A DNA stretch of 63,913 nt, the filler included, from Reticulomyxa filosa (taxonomy: Eukaryota; Protista; Foraminifera): NCBI GenBank assembly GCA_000512085.1. It is 17 parts of 17 records of this genome, joined end to end, with 100 filler letters (N's around TTAATTAATTAA, not from the genome) between each part and the next. Parts side by side here need not be neighbours in the genome. Positions count along the whole stretch, not along the records: positions 24,256 to 28,067 come from ASPP01007733.1; positions 28,168 to 34,309 come from ASPP01010195.1; positions 34,410 to 37,122 come from ASPP01003723.1; positions 37,223 to 40,182 come from ASPP01009563.1; 13 more parts are not named here. One strand, given 5' to 3'. The notes beneath the pieces were generated by a model. That model was not told where the DNA came from. It made no database searches and saw nothing but the letters and a program-made list of their open reading frames with translations. A program made the translations under genes and the position numbers. Shown here piece after piece: positions 24,464 through 38,192 of the stretch. Position 1 is the stretch's first letter. Each line of letters begins with the position of its first letter.

Positions 24464-27400
24464 TTGCATTCCTCCCTTGTTTTTTAATAATCTCCCTTTT
24501 CGTTGCATTTTATGACACTACACGTATATTCTTTACCCTACTAACATTACTTTATTTATTTTGTTTTTTTTTGGGTGTTGCGGTTAATGTACGTGTACCT
24601 TTTTTTTAACTTGCTGTTTTAAATTTTGAAGTAATGGTTCGATCACAAAAAGAAGGGTAAAAATTGTCGTACTCGAGAATTCATTCTGTACTAATAAAAA
24701 TCGCAACATATTTTACCATCTGAAAAATTGAGGCATGAAATTTTGGAAAACAAATAAAGCTGTTGAAAGATGTGAGATGAGAACTTTTGTAGAGCAAGAT
24801 CCTACTGTTTAGTGCCAAGACTCAAGTGAACCCGCAATCCCTTTTTCCAAAACTTCTCTACTGACCAACTTCTCTTTTTCTCTTATTTTCTGTTGTGTTG
24901 CTGTTGTCATTTATTCTTTCTGATTTAATTTATTGAAAGGTCGCTCATAGAGCAATATCTTTTCGTATTACACTTTGTGACATTTTTTCTACCAATTAAA
25001 ATTTTGTTCGCAAAAAGACGTGCAATTTTATTTTTACATTATAGAACAATTGAATGTAGATCAATTTGAAAAATAAATTTTTTAAAAGCAACAAAGCACA
25101 AAGAAGGCACTAAAAAGAAACTTTATTTAACACCAGAAAAAGTTTAAAAACAACAAACAAAGCTGAAAGGAAAAAAAAGGACTGACCAAAGATTTGAAAC
25201 AAGGAAAAAACTACGAAATGTACACTCCGACTTCAAACTAAAAAAATCGGTAAGACTATCTCCATATTTCCTCCGATTAGTCCCTTGCTCTTTCTTCCAC
25301 TTGATCAAGTACAGATAATTCTTGATAATTCACCACAATCCATTGAACGCCTACACCACTTGAATACCAAGACTGGAAAGCATAATCATTGAATTGCTGC
25401 TTCATTAATATTCAATAACAGGTTTCACTATATTTAACCATATATACACTTTGTTGTTATTCGATATAATGATATATAAAATATGAAAATAAAACGGCTT
25501 AATTTGTTTTTTCATAGAAAAATGATCTTTCGACGAAAATAGTTGGAATTTCGATCATTTGAGTGACATATTTCACTATATACTTTTTTTTTATGTATGT
25601 GTGTTTTTTTCCAAAAAAAATAAAATTAACTAAACAAAAAAATATAAAACAAAAAATAAAATAACATTACTGAAATACTTGCAATATTTGCGATTCAATG
25701 CACATACGATCACATCGTTCCAACATTATCTTTTCGTACTACCAACACATATTACAATAATACTATTATACACTACATAACGACATGTGTCCTACAAACA
25801 TACAATCACTACATCACATCTTCATCGACACCGACCCGAAAGATCGTTTTAAATCACACTAACACTGACACTATTGACAGTTTGAAGATCCTATCTACAT
25901 GACATTACAAACAAACATAGACTTACACATTGTATTTTTTTACCATTTTTTTTATCATTTTTTTTTATTTTTACATTACTATTTTTGTTATTACTATAAC
26001 AATTACAACTAACTATTATTTATACATATAATTGTTGACTATATTTTTGATGACACTTTTTTTTATTTTTATCAACTTTATTTTTTATTTTTCAATATTA
26101 TTTTTTTCAATCTAACTACTTTTTTAAATTTTACATCTTTTTTTTTTTATTATTATTTCAATATTTTTTTTTATCTTAATATTTTTTTATTCAAATTTTT
26201 TTCAATATACATAATAACATATATAAACAAATGAAAAGATTAACAGCAAGCACCAAAACTGAAACAAAAGCAATTATGACAACTAGTAACAGATCAAGAT
26301 ATTTAATCACAAATTTGCTTACATTATATATTATTTATTACCACATCACAAAATAAAAATATATCAAAAAGGATTTATTTGGTTAAGCAAAGAATTACAA
26401 AAATGTAAATATCTAAAAAAAAAAATTGAACATAAACATCTACATCAGTATATGCTGACATAGAGTCGAACTATCGACATCAGTCGCTTAGAAGCCATTA
26501 TAAGTCGAATATGGATATGAGTCAAACATATCAATATCAAATCAATGATACTGTTTATTTTTTTTATTTGTAATAAAAATATTTGACTATTTTTTTTTGT
26601 TAGTGAAGCAAACATTTTTTTTTTGTTTGGAGGCAAGCACTTTTTCAAAATCATTAAATCTATTTCTACATTACAAATTTTCCATTTTATTTCTTCAAAT
26701 TTTTTTTAACTTTGATTGTCGTTAACATCGACTTTATAGAATTTTTTTTTTAATTCACATTTGTTTGCAAGCATTTGTATAATTTTTGGCAAATAAATGC
26801 GACAACATAGATTTTTACCCGAAATTAATAAAATATAGCTTTCATTTGTGTAGCTATGTTCGAATGAATTGGTTTTTTTAGCAAAAAAAGTAACAAATAT
26901 TTCTTCTGGCGAAAAGATTATTTCTTTGACAGAAATCGGTTTAAAGCACTAATTTTTGACAAAAACAGCGTGTACCGCTCTGCACAACAGTAGCAAACAT
27001 TTCTGTATAAACTTTGAAAGGGAAGTGTCCTCATGGTTCAAATTGTAGCTTGGGTTCACAATTGAATGTTTTCCATTCTCCTTATGCACTAAGAAAAAGC
27101 AACGACATAAGGACAAGGATTACAATGTTAGGTGGAAAACTGCAGATAATAGCAGAGCACATTGTTGGATATTGCAACGACGTGACATATCAAGTGTTCG
27201 TTGACGGTTTGTTACAGCTGTCAATTGTTCATCCAAAAACGATATCTTTGATGCAAAAGTGAAAAAAGCGCCAAGTTTGGTTATCCAAGCGAGAACAATA
27301 TACAAATCACGGCATATGTATCACGAGTGATCATAAAATTTTTTTTTTTTTTTGAGTTGTTTGGTTCAAATAAAAAAAAAAAAAAAGGATACCACCATAT

Positions 27401-28220
27401 GTTTGTCAGTTTGTTGTAATTGGATCCACTGTTCAAAACAGATGGCAATTCTAATGACGTATCGGATACAGCGAAGACATTAGATTTGAAAAGAGATGAA
27501 GAGCTATTGAGACATGTCTATGCCTTGTTTGAGTCTGCCTACAAGTAGTTTACATTGCTTTTTTTGTTTGTTTGTTTGTCTCTGTGCGTGTGCTTCTATT
27601 TTGTTTTTGTTCTGGAGGTCCATGGTCTTATGTAATCGTCTCCCTCCCTCTCTTCCCTTCCTTTTATCCTTTCTTCCAATCGTCGAGAGTCATTCACCTC
27701 ACCTTCAATATTTTATACCATTCCATTGACCCAATCACATTATGTCTCATTCAATAGACAGAAGAGAATGCAATATGAAAGGAGGGGAGGAGGAGATGCA
27801 ATCAGAAGGACAATTTTTTTCTTTTTATAAAAAAAAAATGAAACAGATGTTGGCCCCTTTTTTTTTTATTTTTTTTTTTTTTTGTGTGTGTTTTGTTTTG
27901 AAAAAAACGTACACACTAACACATTCATGTAGAACAAGACTGAAGAACAAAAGAGGGATGGGGGGGGGGGGGACGATAACAAATATAGAAAATATGGATT
28001 GAAAATTGACGTCGGTGATTATTGGTTGTCCACGATGCAATCGAATGAATCCTTCTCTTGTCTCAAANNNNNNNNNNNNNNNNNNNNNNNNNNNNNNNNN
28101 NNNNNNNNNNNTTAATTAATTAANNNNNNNNNNNNNNNNNNNNNNNNNNNNNNNNNNNNNNNNNNNNTTTTTTTTTTTTTTTTTTTTTGTTGTGTGTGTG
28201 TGTATATGTATATATAGAAG

Positions 28221-29198
28221 TTACAACATATTTCTCTCTCGTTTTTTGTTTGCATATGCAATATACTCAGATGACGTGGAAATGTCAAGATAATCACAAA
28301 GAGACATGTTTGCAGTGAGACAATGATGATTGGTATCAATGCTTTGTGTAGAGCGCATTGTCGTGTTTGTGGGGTCAAACAGATGATCCGTGCTCTCTTT
28401 GTTTCTTTCATCAGTTTCAAAGTCATGGAAATGAGTCAACAGCATTTCAGATTCCGAACTTTTCTCAGTTGCAGATTTTTTGTTTCTGTCACTTCTCTTC
28501 ATTCCTTGTTTGTGCAAATCATTTTCGTAATACGTCAACGGATTTAATTCGTATTTGCTTTGCTTGCCTCTTCTTCCATTCGCTTCCATTGGATCTATTG
28601 TTGTTTTGTTTTATTTTGTCACAACAAAGTGCCAACATTCACTTTTGTTTGTTTGCATTCTGACCGTAATATTGCTGCTTCGGTCGTGATGGCAATGAGA
28701 ACGCCCTTGGCTTTTCGCTGGGAATATCGAACCTTTCGTTGTCCATGCTATCCACTATGTCAACTGAAGTGCTCGATCCCAACGTAGACGACAATTCCAT
28801 TTCCTGCATTGTATTCATATCACCATACATACCTTCCGGATGTACAATCACGCCACATGCATTATCAATCGCTGTTATTTTCAGCTCTTCTCCTTTTTGA
28901 TTCTGCAAACACGTTTCGCTTTGTGTTTTGTCCTCACTGTTTACTTCTTTTCCTGACCGTTCTGTCATATCGATCGTTGCACGTGGCAATTTCGATCTTT
29001 TCTGTGCTTGGTCCTCCTGTTTTGCGTCATGTCGTTGCAATTTTCACCATCTCTTGCGTACGCATCCTCCATCGCGCTTTCACTACTTGTCTGCGACCAG
29101 TGAGGAGTTAGTATTACTTTTGAATTCGTAATTAGATGGTGAGAGGTTGAAGGGGATACTGAAACACAATCAGCTTGAGTCATATGATCAATGATCAA
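28221..29198 (-). CDS. Hypothetical hydrophilic protein (multi-exon, probable frameshift near 29040)
   Basis: Consecutive charged ORFs in coding-like GC sequence. Confidence 0.4.
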
Positions 29199-29627
29199 TT
29201 TTATGGGTAAATTTTTATTTTTGTCTTTTTTTTAACAAAACTTTGCAGTCGTTGAACAGACCACCCTTGGGGGAATGACGCCAATTCAAATGCTGTGTTG
29301 ATGACTTTTCTATCCAGAAACAAGAAACATTTTACAAGTTAAAAAAAATCGAAACAATATGAAACCGAACAATAAAAACGCAAGCCCACAACACAAATAA
29401 GCAATCCATCGCTTTGTTTAACGCAATGGCTTGTGGAGTATTCACAAATAACAAAAATAAACGCGTCAAACAAATCAAAATTTACAATTAGGACAAAACA
29501 AAACAAAAATTGCGCTCGATTGAATAAGACCAGAACATTAAAATGCATTATAATATAATATAAAATATAATAAGAATTACAAATATTTTTCCCTCAAGAC
29601 ATAAAAGATCAAAGAATAAAGCAAGAT

Positions 29628-31441
29628 TTAAACATTTTTGGAATAAGGCTTATAAACAGTCCACATAGATCTTTTGAAAACGTGACAATTCCATGATTTA
29701 ATTAAGCTATGTAGCATTTCAGGATTTTCACAAGAAGATAGCCAAGGATGTTGCAATGCAAATTCTGCCGTTGGTCTATGTGCATCATTGACGACCAATA
29801 GGCTACCGATGAAATGGCAACAGAGATCCGATGGTTTTAACGTCTCAGGATATTTGAACATGCCATTTTTAATCTTTTTCATTAACCGACGATCAGATGA
29901 AGCATAAAAGCATCTCTTTCCCGTTATCATTTCGTACGTCAGTACCTTTTAATATTTTGTGTTATCTTATCGCTTTTCAAAATGAAGACAACAACAATCG
30001 CTTTTTTTTAAAAAGAGGACAACACGAATAAGAAAAAACTTACGCCAACAGCCCAAATGTCCGATGCTTTGAGTTCCCTTTATTTGTACAAAAGCATACG
30101 ATTGAATATATGTGTGTCCAATGTTACCATTAAGAAAAAAGAGAACATGAGACATAAAAAAGGGGTACCAGCCATAATGTTGTCTCCATCGCTCGGGTGC
30201 CAAGTAGCATTGGGTGCCTATTAACTCGGTGTATACTTTGTTGTCGTCCAGCACAATGGCATCACCAAAGTCAATTATCTTTGGACAGTTGGATTTTTCA
30301 TCTGTGAATACAATGTTCTCAGCTTTGATGTCTCTGTGTACCTATCACACATGCATACACACAATAAATACGACAATGATCGAATCACAAGTGGAAACCA
30401 AGCACGTAATGCATTGTCCTACCATATTCTTTTGATGTAATTCTTTCAACGTGGTGAGTAAATATCGAATTATCTCTTTCGTGATTCGCTCAGATATCCT
30501 GCCGTTGGCTTTAATTCTTTCTAAAAAAAAAAGAAACCAAAACAGGCAATGCAAATAAAGAAATAAGACAAAACAGAGAAATAAACACTTGACTGTACAA
30601 ATCAGTAACGCCAAGTTCATTTAACAGGTAAAAGTATTCGTCATCCACAAAGGCGCTAATGTTCCTATTCAATCCACAGAAAGCTGTTAATCAGATATCA
30701 TTATCCCATTCATCTGTTCTTTCTTTGCTGTTCAAATCAATTCTGAACAGCTTATAAACATACCTGATTACACCTTGTGATTTCAACGCATTCAAGAATT
30801 TGCATTCTCCGAGGAACAGTAATTCAGAATGAGTCGGCACACGCTTTTTTTTTTTACACACAATACAAACAAGATGTTTTCTCATTAACACATGTACGTA
30901 AATAACCTTATCAAGACACAAAATATTCAGATGTTTTCAAGTGTGCTACATACGTATACATATATTTTTTTTTTTTGCAACAAAAACATGACAGGCTGAA
31001 CATAACTCGTAATCGCTTTAATGCGTATCGTCGAGCACTAGAAATATGCTTGACCTCGAACACAGTAGATGATATTCCCTCTCCCAATGATCGAATTATC
31101 TCAAACGAATCCATGACACGTCTCGCGTTTTCTAACTTTACAATATCAGCTGCCAAACAAGGAACAGTGAGATTTGCAGCTACAAGATCAGTTTGAGTGC
31201 TCATTTCCTTTTCGTATTCTCTCAAAACTTCTGGTTCGGACCGCGGATCGCCACTGGATGGACTGTCAGGTTGCGATGGCGAACACTTCAGTGACTGCAC
31301 GTATTCTGTCTCGTGTGCGTCAGACACGCAATGACACTTTTTGTGTTCGACCACTCTGCTACTTTTCTCTGTTGCTGGCACAACATTTTCTGTTCGGCCA
31401 TTTCCTGACGTTAAAACAAAAGTACTTTTGGGACAAGTCAT
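29628..31441 (-). CDS. Ser/Thr protein kinase, CAMK-like, multi-exon
   Basis: LGEGISSTV, YALKRL, HRDIKAEN, KIIDFG, GTQCYLAPE, SDIWAVG, RPTAEFALQHPWL spread over GT-AG exons. Confidence 0.9.
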
Positions 31442-31783
31442 GTTCTCTCGTAAACTTTGCAAAAAACTGGTTGTGACTGCACGTTCACAAACTAAAAAGC
31501 CCCTTAATTCTTTTTTCCGTCAATAACAACACGTATTTGCTATCCAGTTTTCCTTTTGGATGGTGACATGAAAGAGAAAAATTTTGTTTTGTGATGAAAG
31601 AATATTGACGAACAAGCTGTGTAATAGCGTTTTCAAACAAACTTAAAGAAAAAGAGAACGACTTAAGGAAGAAAAAAAGAATTTATATAGCTTGACCAAT
31701 TAAAATCGTACAATAGCTCTTTCTTCTGAAAAACGGAGCAAGAAAAAAAAAAAGTAATCGACTACAAACAAATGAAATATATA

Positions 31784-33288
31784 CTAGCTTGTTTCATCTT
31801 TGACAAAAGATGAGGCAAAAGTATCTGATTTAAGCCATTTCATAGATGCATTGACCGCTTCCAAATGTAAAGTGAGACCACTTACCCAATGATCTCTGGC
31901 CTCTTTGGTAGGAGCTCGAAAATTATACGTTTTGTCAAACAACACAACATTGAATTTCCGACTGTTTGTACTGTTAACTTTGATAGCTTTCTTGATTTGC
32001 AGCAAGGTGATGGAATTGCAAAATTTTTTGCGACGCTCTTGGACATTGGACGGATCAGTGAGGTCTTGGGCAGTCGTGCTCCAAAGTAAATACATCTTGC
32101 GAACAGTCAGCCATCGCTTTTTCCAGATCTGTCCCATGCGTATGTTCTTGCTACCAGATCTCTTGGTCACCCATCCCGACAACTCAGGCAGCTTGGTGAA
32201 GACTTTTTGGTCTTGGACAAATTGCTACACAAACAGTGCAATGAATGTATCTTGTTAATGTTTGTCCAAATCAAGTGTTTTTCGAGAGAAACATTGCGTG
32301 CAATTTGAACATTTAAAAAAATATAAAAAATAGATACAAATAGTAACGTCGACGGTGCCCTTTCGTCGATCCAAAAAAGACAAATCCAATCCATTGCTTT
32401 GTAACAAATGCGTGTGCACACCCCGCTCTTTTTGCAGTTGTTGCGCCCTGGGATCGGCCAATAGCGGCGATGCTTTGACAGTACTCCTATCTTCGCTGGG
32501 ATATTGTAGCACCAATGAACTGTACAGTGTCGTTTCTGCATTGGCTTTGTTTGTCGAAGTCAATGATTTGTTCGTTGTCTTTGTATCCGTTGTTGTTGTT
32601 GTTGTTGTTGTTGTTATGATAGGTGTCGATTTAGCTTTGGTTATCTTTGGTATATCTTTGTTGTTTTTGTTATCTTTGCTGTTTTTGTTATCTCTGATAT
32701 TTTTGTTATCTTTGCTATCGTCGTTATCTTCGCTATCGTTGTTCTCGTCGTTCTCATTCGCTGCAATTGTACTATCCATGCTATCCAATGCATCGCGGAT
32801 TATACGAATGGCGAGGGAATTGCTCAAGTAGTCTGGCAGATCGAACTCCGATTTTCTTCCTTTTTCGTGTCCTCTTCTTCTCCGCCGTCAAAGTCCAACT
32901 GATCGACCAACGAACTTCGGGCCGCGATTGTCTCTTCATCCAACATATCTGATGTGTCTTCAACTGTGTTCTGCGTCTTGGACGGGTCTTTCTCCTTCAA
33001 ATTGTTCGTCTGTGTTTGCGTTCTCGTGTGCGTCGTTCGTCTGCCTCCGTGCTCTTCGTCACTACTGTCCAATCTCGACCACTGCTCTTCGCCGTCTTCG
33101 TTCGCCAGACCATCAAGTACTGTCAGCACTTCTTTCGCGAATAACAGCGGGTCAAATTCGTTTTCGTGAATTATCACCGCCGGGGTTGTGCCCTCTTTCA
33201 CGGAATGAGATGCAGAGGACCTCGATGATACCGCTTTTTTGTGAGGAGACTTGGAGAGGGAGGGCGTTTCTTGTGGAGAATGCGTCAT
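31784..33288 (-). CDS. C-terminal PH-domain protein (intron; probable 1-nt indel near 32855)
   Basis: SGWVTKRSG..WKKRWLTV..LLWS..FNVV..KTYNFRAPTKEARDHWVSGL, preceded by an acidic N-terminus with KDN repeats and poly-Thr. Confidence 0.8.
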
Positions 33289-33732
33289 GATGAAAATGAT
33301 AATTTATTGTCGTTTTTGATTTAGCAATCACCCGTATCTCGCGTTTTTCAAAACGCCTTGTTTTTGTTAAAAAAAGTCTTTTATAAAGTTTCTCACTGAA
33401 AAAAATATTGTATGAATGTCACAATATTCTGTACAAAACATTAAAAGAATACAAAACACTTGTCCTTTACTATTTCAAAAAGGTAGCTGTAGCACATTTG
33501 ATCGAAATCCAAAATAGATCCAATCATAAACCATATGTTCCTAGAAAGTAATTAAATTCTTCGCCCTTTTACTCAAAAAAAAAGATTAAAGGAAGAAAGT
33601 CGTGACAATTGTCACGAGATGTACCTCCTCAAAGATCGTATATTTATGAAAGTATAGAATCTGATGCTGCACGACGTATACATTATTTCGATGTGCATTT
33701 AAACAGTGTTTTTGTTACAAAAAGCATGCGTC

Positions 33733-34250
33733 TCATTTGTAAGTAGTGGTGACCCTGCTCTGTGACCTGGTTTTCAAAACAGCAATTTCTCTGCTCAATA
33801 AACGACAGGCATAGCAAAAGCGACGATATTGGCCATCAAAGTGGTGAAAAGACAAGGCCATGGCACCGCTGGACGCGCAAACTTCAATGGCAAGTGCTAA
33901 CGGGGCAATGTAATGATAGAGAGCGGCAGTGGTGATGCTCGTTAGCAAAGTAATGACAAAGAGATTGGTGAGTTTGAAAACCAGATAAATTATATCGTCG
34001 TTATTTTGTTGCGAGACGCGGCTTTGTCTGGCGACGCTTTGAGAAAAGCTGTTGTGTGATAGAGACTTGAGTTCCACGGTGGAAGGGAGGGCATGACTGT
34101 CGGCTGGTATTAATGGAGTGGACTTATCGTCTTCGTCTTGAGAGGAAATGCGGATTAGATGAACGAGTTTGTGCACAAACAGCGATGTAAAAATGAGTCC
34201 CCAAACGACATCTTGGAAAAGTGCCCACACAATTGCTAAGGTTACTCCGT
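33733..34250 (-). CDS. 3' part of a multi-pass (7TM-like) membrane protein
   Basis: Three hydrophobic helices with a long loop, ending SFHHFDGQYRRFCYAC. Confidence 0.55.
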
Positions 34251-34269
34251 CTTTTCTTTCTTCCTATTT

Positions 34270-34309
34270 GATATATTAATATGTCGATATATTAATATGT
34301 CGATATATT
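34270..34309. repeat. 16-bp tandem repeat gatatattaatatgtc x2.5
   Basis: Directly visible at the contig end. Confidence 0.85.
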
Positions 34310-34999
34310 NNNNNNNNNNNNNNNNNNNNNNNNNNNNNNNNNNNNNNNNNNNNTTAATTAATTAANNNNNNNNNNNNNNNNNNNNNNNNNNNNNNNNNNN
34401 NNNNNNNNNACAAATAAAAATTATATCCTTTATATTAAATAAAGTAAATATACCTAATCCCTTTCGATGATGCAGTTTAGTTTCAGTGCGTGAGTTAACC
34501 GAGAAAAAAATGACATTGTCAATTCTTGTTTATCTTGATACATTTATATGTTGGTATAAAGAAATCGTGATAAAATATTGCAAAACTCAGTTTATTCATA
34601 TGGAAAAATATCTTTTAATAGTTTATATACTTTCAATTGCAAATTCCAAAGCGATATTTTACGAAAGAATTTGAACAAAATGAGACGCACAAAAAAAGTT
34701 GGTGTTTCAATAAAATAAAAAAATACCATATCAAGAAAGAGAAGACAATGAAGGAATCACTTGAAATTGAAGCATATAAGTGTCAAAATAAAACTGAACA
34801 CGTTCATTTGATTTATTTCCATTTTTCATTAATTTTCTTTGAAGATTGCATTGTAATTTCTTTTTTAAATACAAAACTCTTGTGTTCTTGATCTCTAAAC
34901 CATTTATAAATCATACCACCCAAACGAATTCGATATCATGCTATCACTGTCTTTCAATATTGTCGCTTTTTATTTATCATTTTAACCATTCTTTGCTTT

Positions 35000-37122
35000 C
35001 ATCAAGGTCTGGACCATTTGATTTGAAATGAGCAACTAAATAGGATTGAATTAATCCATCATCATTGACTGAATGAGATTTATTAAAAGGAATTGTTTTC
35101 ATCCATCGATTATCCACTCGCAATCCAATATTTTACACAAACCCAAGTAAATACAATGATCTTCACGACCAACCACCAAACTCATTTCACAACATTAATT
35201 TGATTTCAGATTTATCAATCGATTCAGCACATTGCAACTTCAATCATCCATCAAATCTGGACATTTATGTTTAAATTATTCAACTGTGATATAATCCCAA
35301 TAAACTGTTAATTGAACTTGTAATTCTTTCACCCCTTTTTCATATGAGTTAAAGTAATTAAATTTCTGCTTATATGACAAAGCATTGAAAACTCCTCCCA
35401 GTTATGTATCAGTCAAATCCGTTGAAATTACTCCAAGTGACTCTATACATGATTTACAACCATAATCCTCTTCATCTTTCAATTCATCGATCAAAGTATT
35501 AATTGCATCTTCCAGTTATTTCTCATCCAATTTCTCTGAAATTATTCCAAGTGATTTTGCACATAATATACAAACACAACTATTTCCATATTTTAGTCCA
35601 CTCATCAAAACGTTGAAAACTATTTCAGTTGCTTCCATCCAATTTTTTTGAAATTACTTCAAGGGATTTTGCACATGATTCACGATCCCATTTATTTGTA
35701 TTTTTTAACCTATCAATGAAAGTACTGAAAACTCTATTCAATTGTCTATCATTCAAACATTCAAAAACATCATCCAATTGCTTTTTATTTAATTTCATTA
35801 AAAGAAATTCAATAGATTCTGCATACAATTTTCGATTCTTTTCATCGTTGCCTTTGATTCCATTGATCAAACATGTGAAAACAGAATCGATTTGAGTTTC
35901 ATTCAATTTTATTGCAATTTTTTTTAGGTAAATATCTGGATGTATCACAATAATATACATTTATATTTTGAAATCCATCAATCAATCATTGAACAGTAAT
36001 ATCCAATTGTCTTTTATCCCATTTCCCCACTCCAATTGCTATCTTTTAATTCATTTGTCAGACATCGAAAAGCATCATTGAAATGTTTTCTATTTAGATC
36101 CACTGCAATTGTTCCAAGTAATTCTTCACATTCCATACGCACATCTGTATTATCATTTCTATCATTAAATATATCCCATTGAAGAGTTAAAATAATTTCA
36201 AATAAATGTAATAAACAACAATTGAATAAAGTTTTTAAGTAATCGAATGCATTCGAAACGAATATTTTGATGTTCACATTTAATCTACTCATAAAATAAT
36301 TCAATGCAATATTCATTTATGTTTCATCCAATCTCTGAAATTCTATAAAATAGATAACATTCATTATCCCCTTCACAATTTAATTTACTAATGAAATAAT
36401 TAAAAGCATTATCGAATTGTTTCCCAGACAGTTTCACTGTAATTGTCTCAAGCGCTACATACCTCCAATGATAATTTTTATTGAACATGTCCTTTAAAGA
36501 ATTGAAAGAATCATCCAATTGTGTTTCATTCCATTTCATTGAGTTTTTACGATTATATTCATTTCCTTTTCATCGGATAATCGATTAATTAAACATTGAA
36601 AGACATTACCTAGTTGTCCTTCTTTCAATTTCATTATAAATTGAGTATAATAATAATAATTGGAATGCATTATCCAACTGTTTTCCTCTCAATTATAATG
36701 AAATCGTTCAAGTGCGTGTACACATTTATCACAAATTGTAATTTTTCCACTCTCAAAGGCATTCATCAAACATTCAAATACTTTATTCAACTGTCTCTTA
36801 TTCAATTTTAATGCTATTTTTGCAATTGAAAATGCACATCTTTCATGAATATCTTTATCTTTGTCAAGCAGCAAGCCATTCTTGGAATGTCAAATGAGGG
36901 AAATACATTGAATCATTTGGCTGTGATAAATCTTTTGATTTTGATTTTGATTCTTGTCCTTGAACAAATCCAAATGAATTGATTCGAGACCATTGAGATA
37001 TCACTGATATATCTTCACGTGAATATTTATATTTTATCATATTTAATACTTCTTGTTGAATTTCACAAGAGATGATTGGTTGTCCACATTTTAATCCTTC
37101 CCATGTACTTTCAGATAAATAA
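35000..37122 (-). pseudogene. NACHT-associated winged helix + HEAT repeats (STAND/NLR-like), disrupted
   Basis: MYFPHLTFQEWLAA at about 36870-36910 and HEAT units such as QIDSVFTCLING and QLDDVFECL. Many stops and frameshifts. Confidence 0.75.
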
Positions 37123-37222
37123 NNNNNNNNNNNNNNNNNNNNNNNNNNNNNNNNNNNNNNNNNNNNTTAATTAATTAANNNNNNNNNNNNNNNNNNNNNN
37201 NNNNNNNNNNNNNNNNNNNNNN

Positions 37223-37724
37223 TTTTTTTTTTTTTTATGGTTTCCTCCACTTAAGCACTTTTTTTTGTGTGGTTATTGGTGCCAAGGTTTTTTCAAATCC
37301 GGTCCAGTTTTTGAAAAAGAAAAGTTGGAACACGTTGATCTCAAGCGTGTTTTTGGCAACATACCAATTTAACATGAAATCGACGATTTGTGCTGCCCGC
37401 AATTTGACGCGGTCGAACTCTTGGTTGATTCCAGTTCTAGGCGGGTTCGCCTCAGGACTATCGTTATTTGTGGAACACAGCAAACGTCGCATTGAGCTAG
37501 CTTTGTACTGTGTCCCGAGAGCGTTGGAAATTCTGATGCGACTGATTCGCAAAGATATGTTCCCAACTATCTATATCTTGCTGAGAAAATCTTGGCTTCC
37601 AGTGTTATCATTTCAAATTGCGATTGCACTATGGATGACGGTGCTGGGTTGTGCTGGTGGGGACAACTCTTCTAATAGCTTGAATGTTTCGGTGTTGAGA
37701 GTAATTTTCGGTTCTAAACATTGA
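37223..37724 (+). CDS. TMEM135: TMEM135 (PMP52)-family protein, 3' part
   Basis: GGFASGLSLFVEHSKRRIELALYCVPRALE signature. Confidence 0.8.
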
Positions 37725-38192
37725 TTTTAATGATGTAATTATTGGAACGGTTTTTTTTTTTTTTTGGTTTTATTCTTTCAAACATTTGATCTTTTAAATT
37801 TACATATATTCGCTTTAATTAGTGGCTTTGATCATGTTCTTTTTTTTTTAGCAAAAAGACATATGCAATTTCACCACAAACTTTTTTTTGGGGGATCAGG
37901 ATCTTAAAGTAAAAGTTTGTTGCGAATTATTTTCAAACGACTGAAATTGAAAACATCTACTCTTCTTTTAAAAAAATAAATTGTTGAGATCCACCTGTTT
38001 TTTTTTTTCTCGGATGTAAATTTCTTGATAATACCTCAATTGATGTTATTAATCGCCGTTGTTTGAACCCGAAGATTGATCGTCACGTTCTGGTGGCAAT
38101 TCTAAAAGTCGATGACGATCAGCTGGCGGTCGAGGCGGACTGCTGGCCTAAAGGGACACAACATACACAAACAGAGTGCTTGGTAAGACTCA

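Noticed and set aside
25240-25900. Chromo-like YLIKWK and non-LTR-like SLHHIF snippets
   Set aside because: Too short to distinguish from chance.
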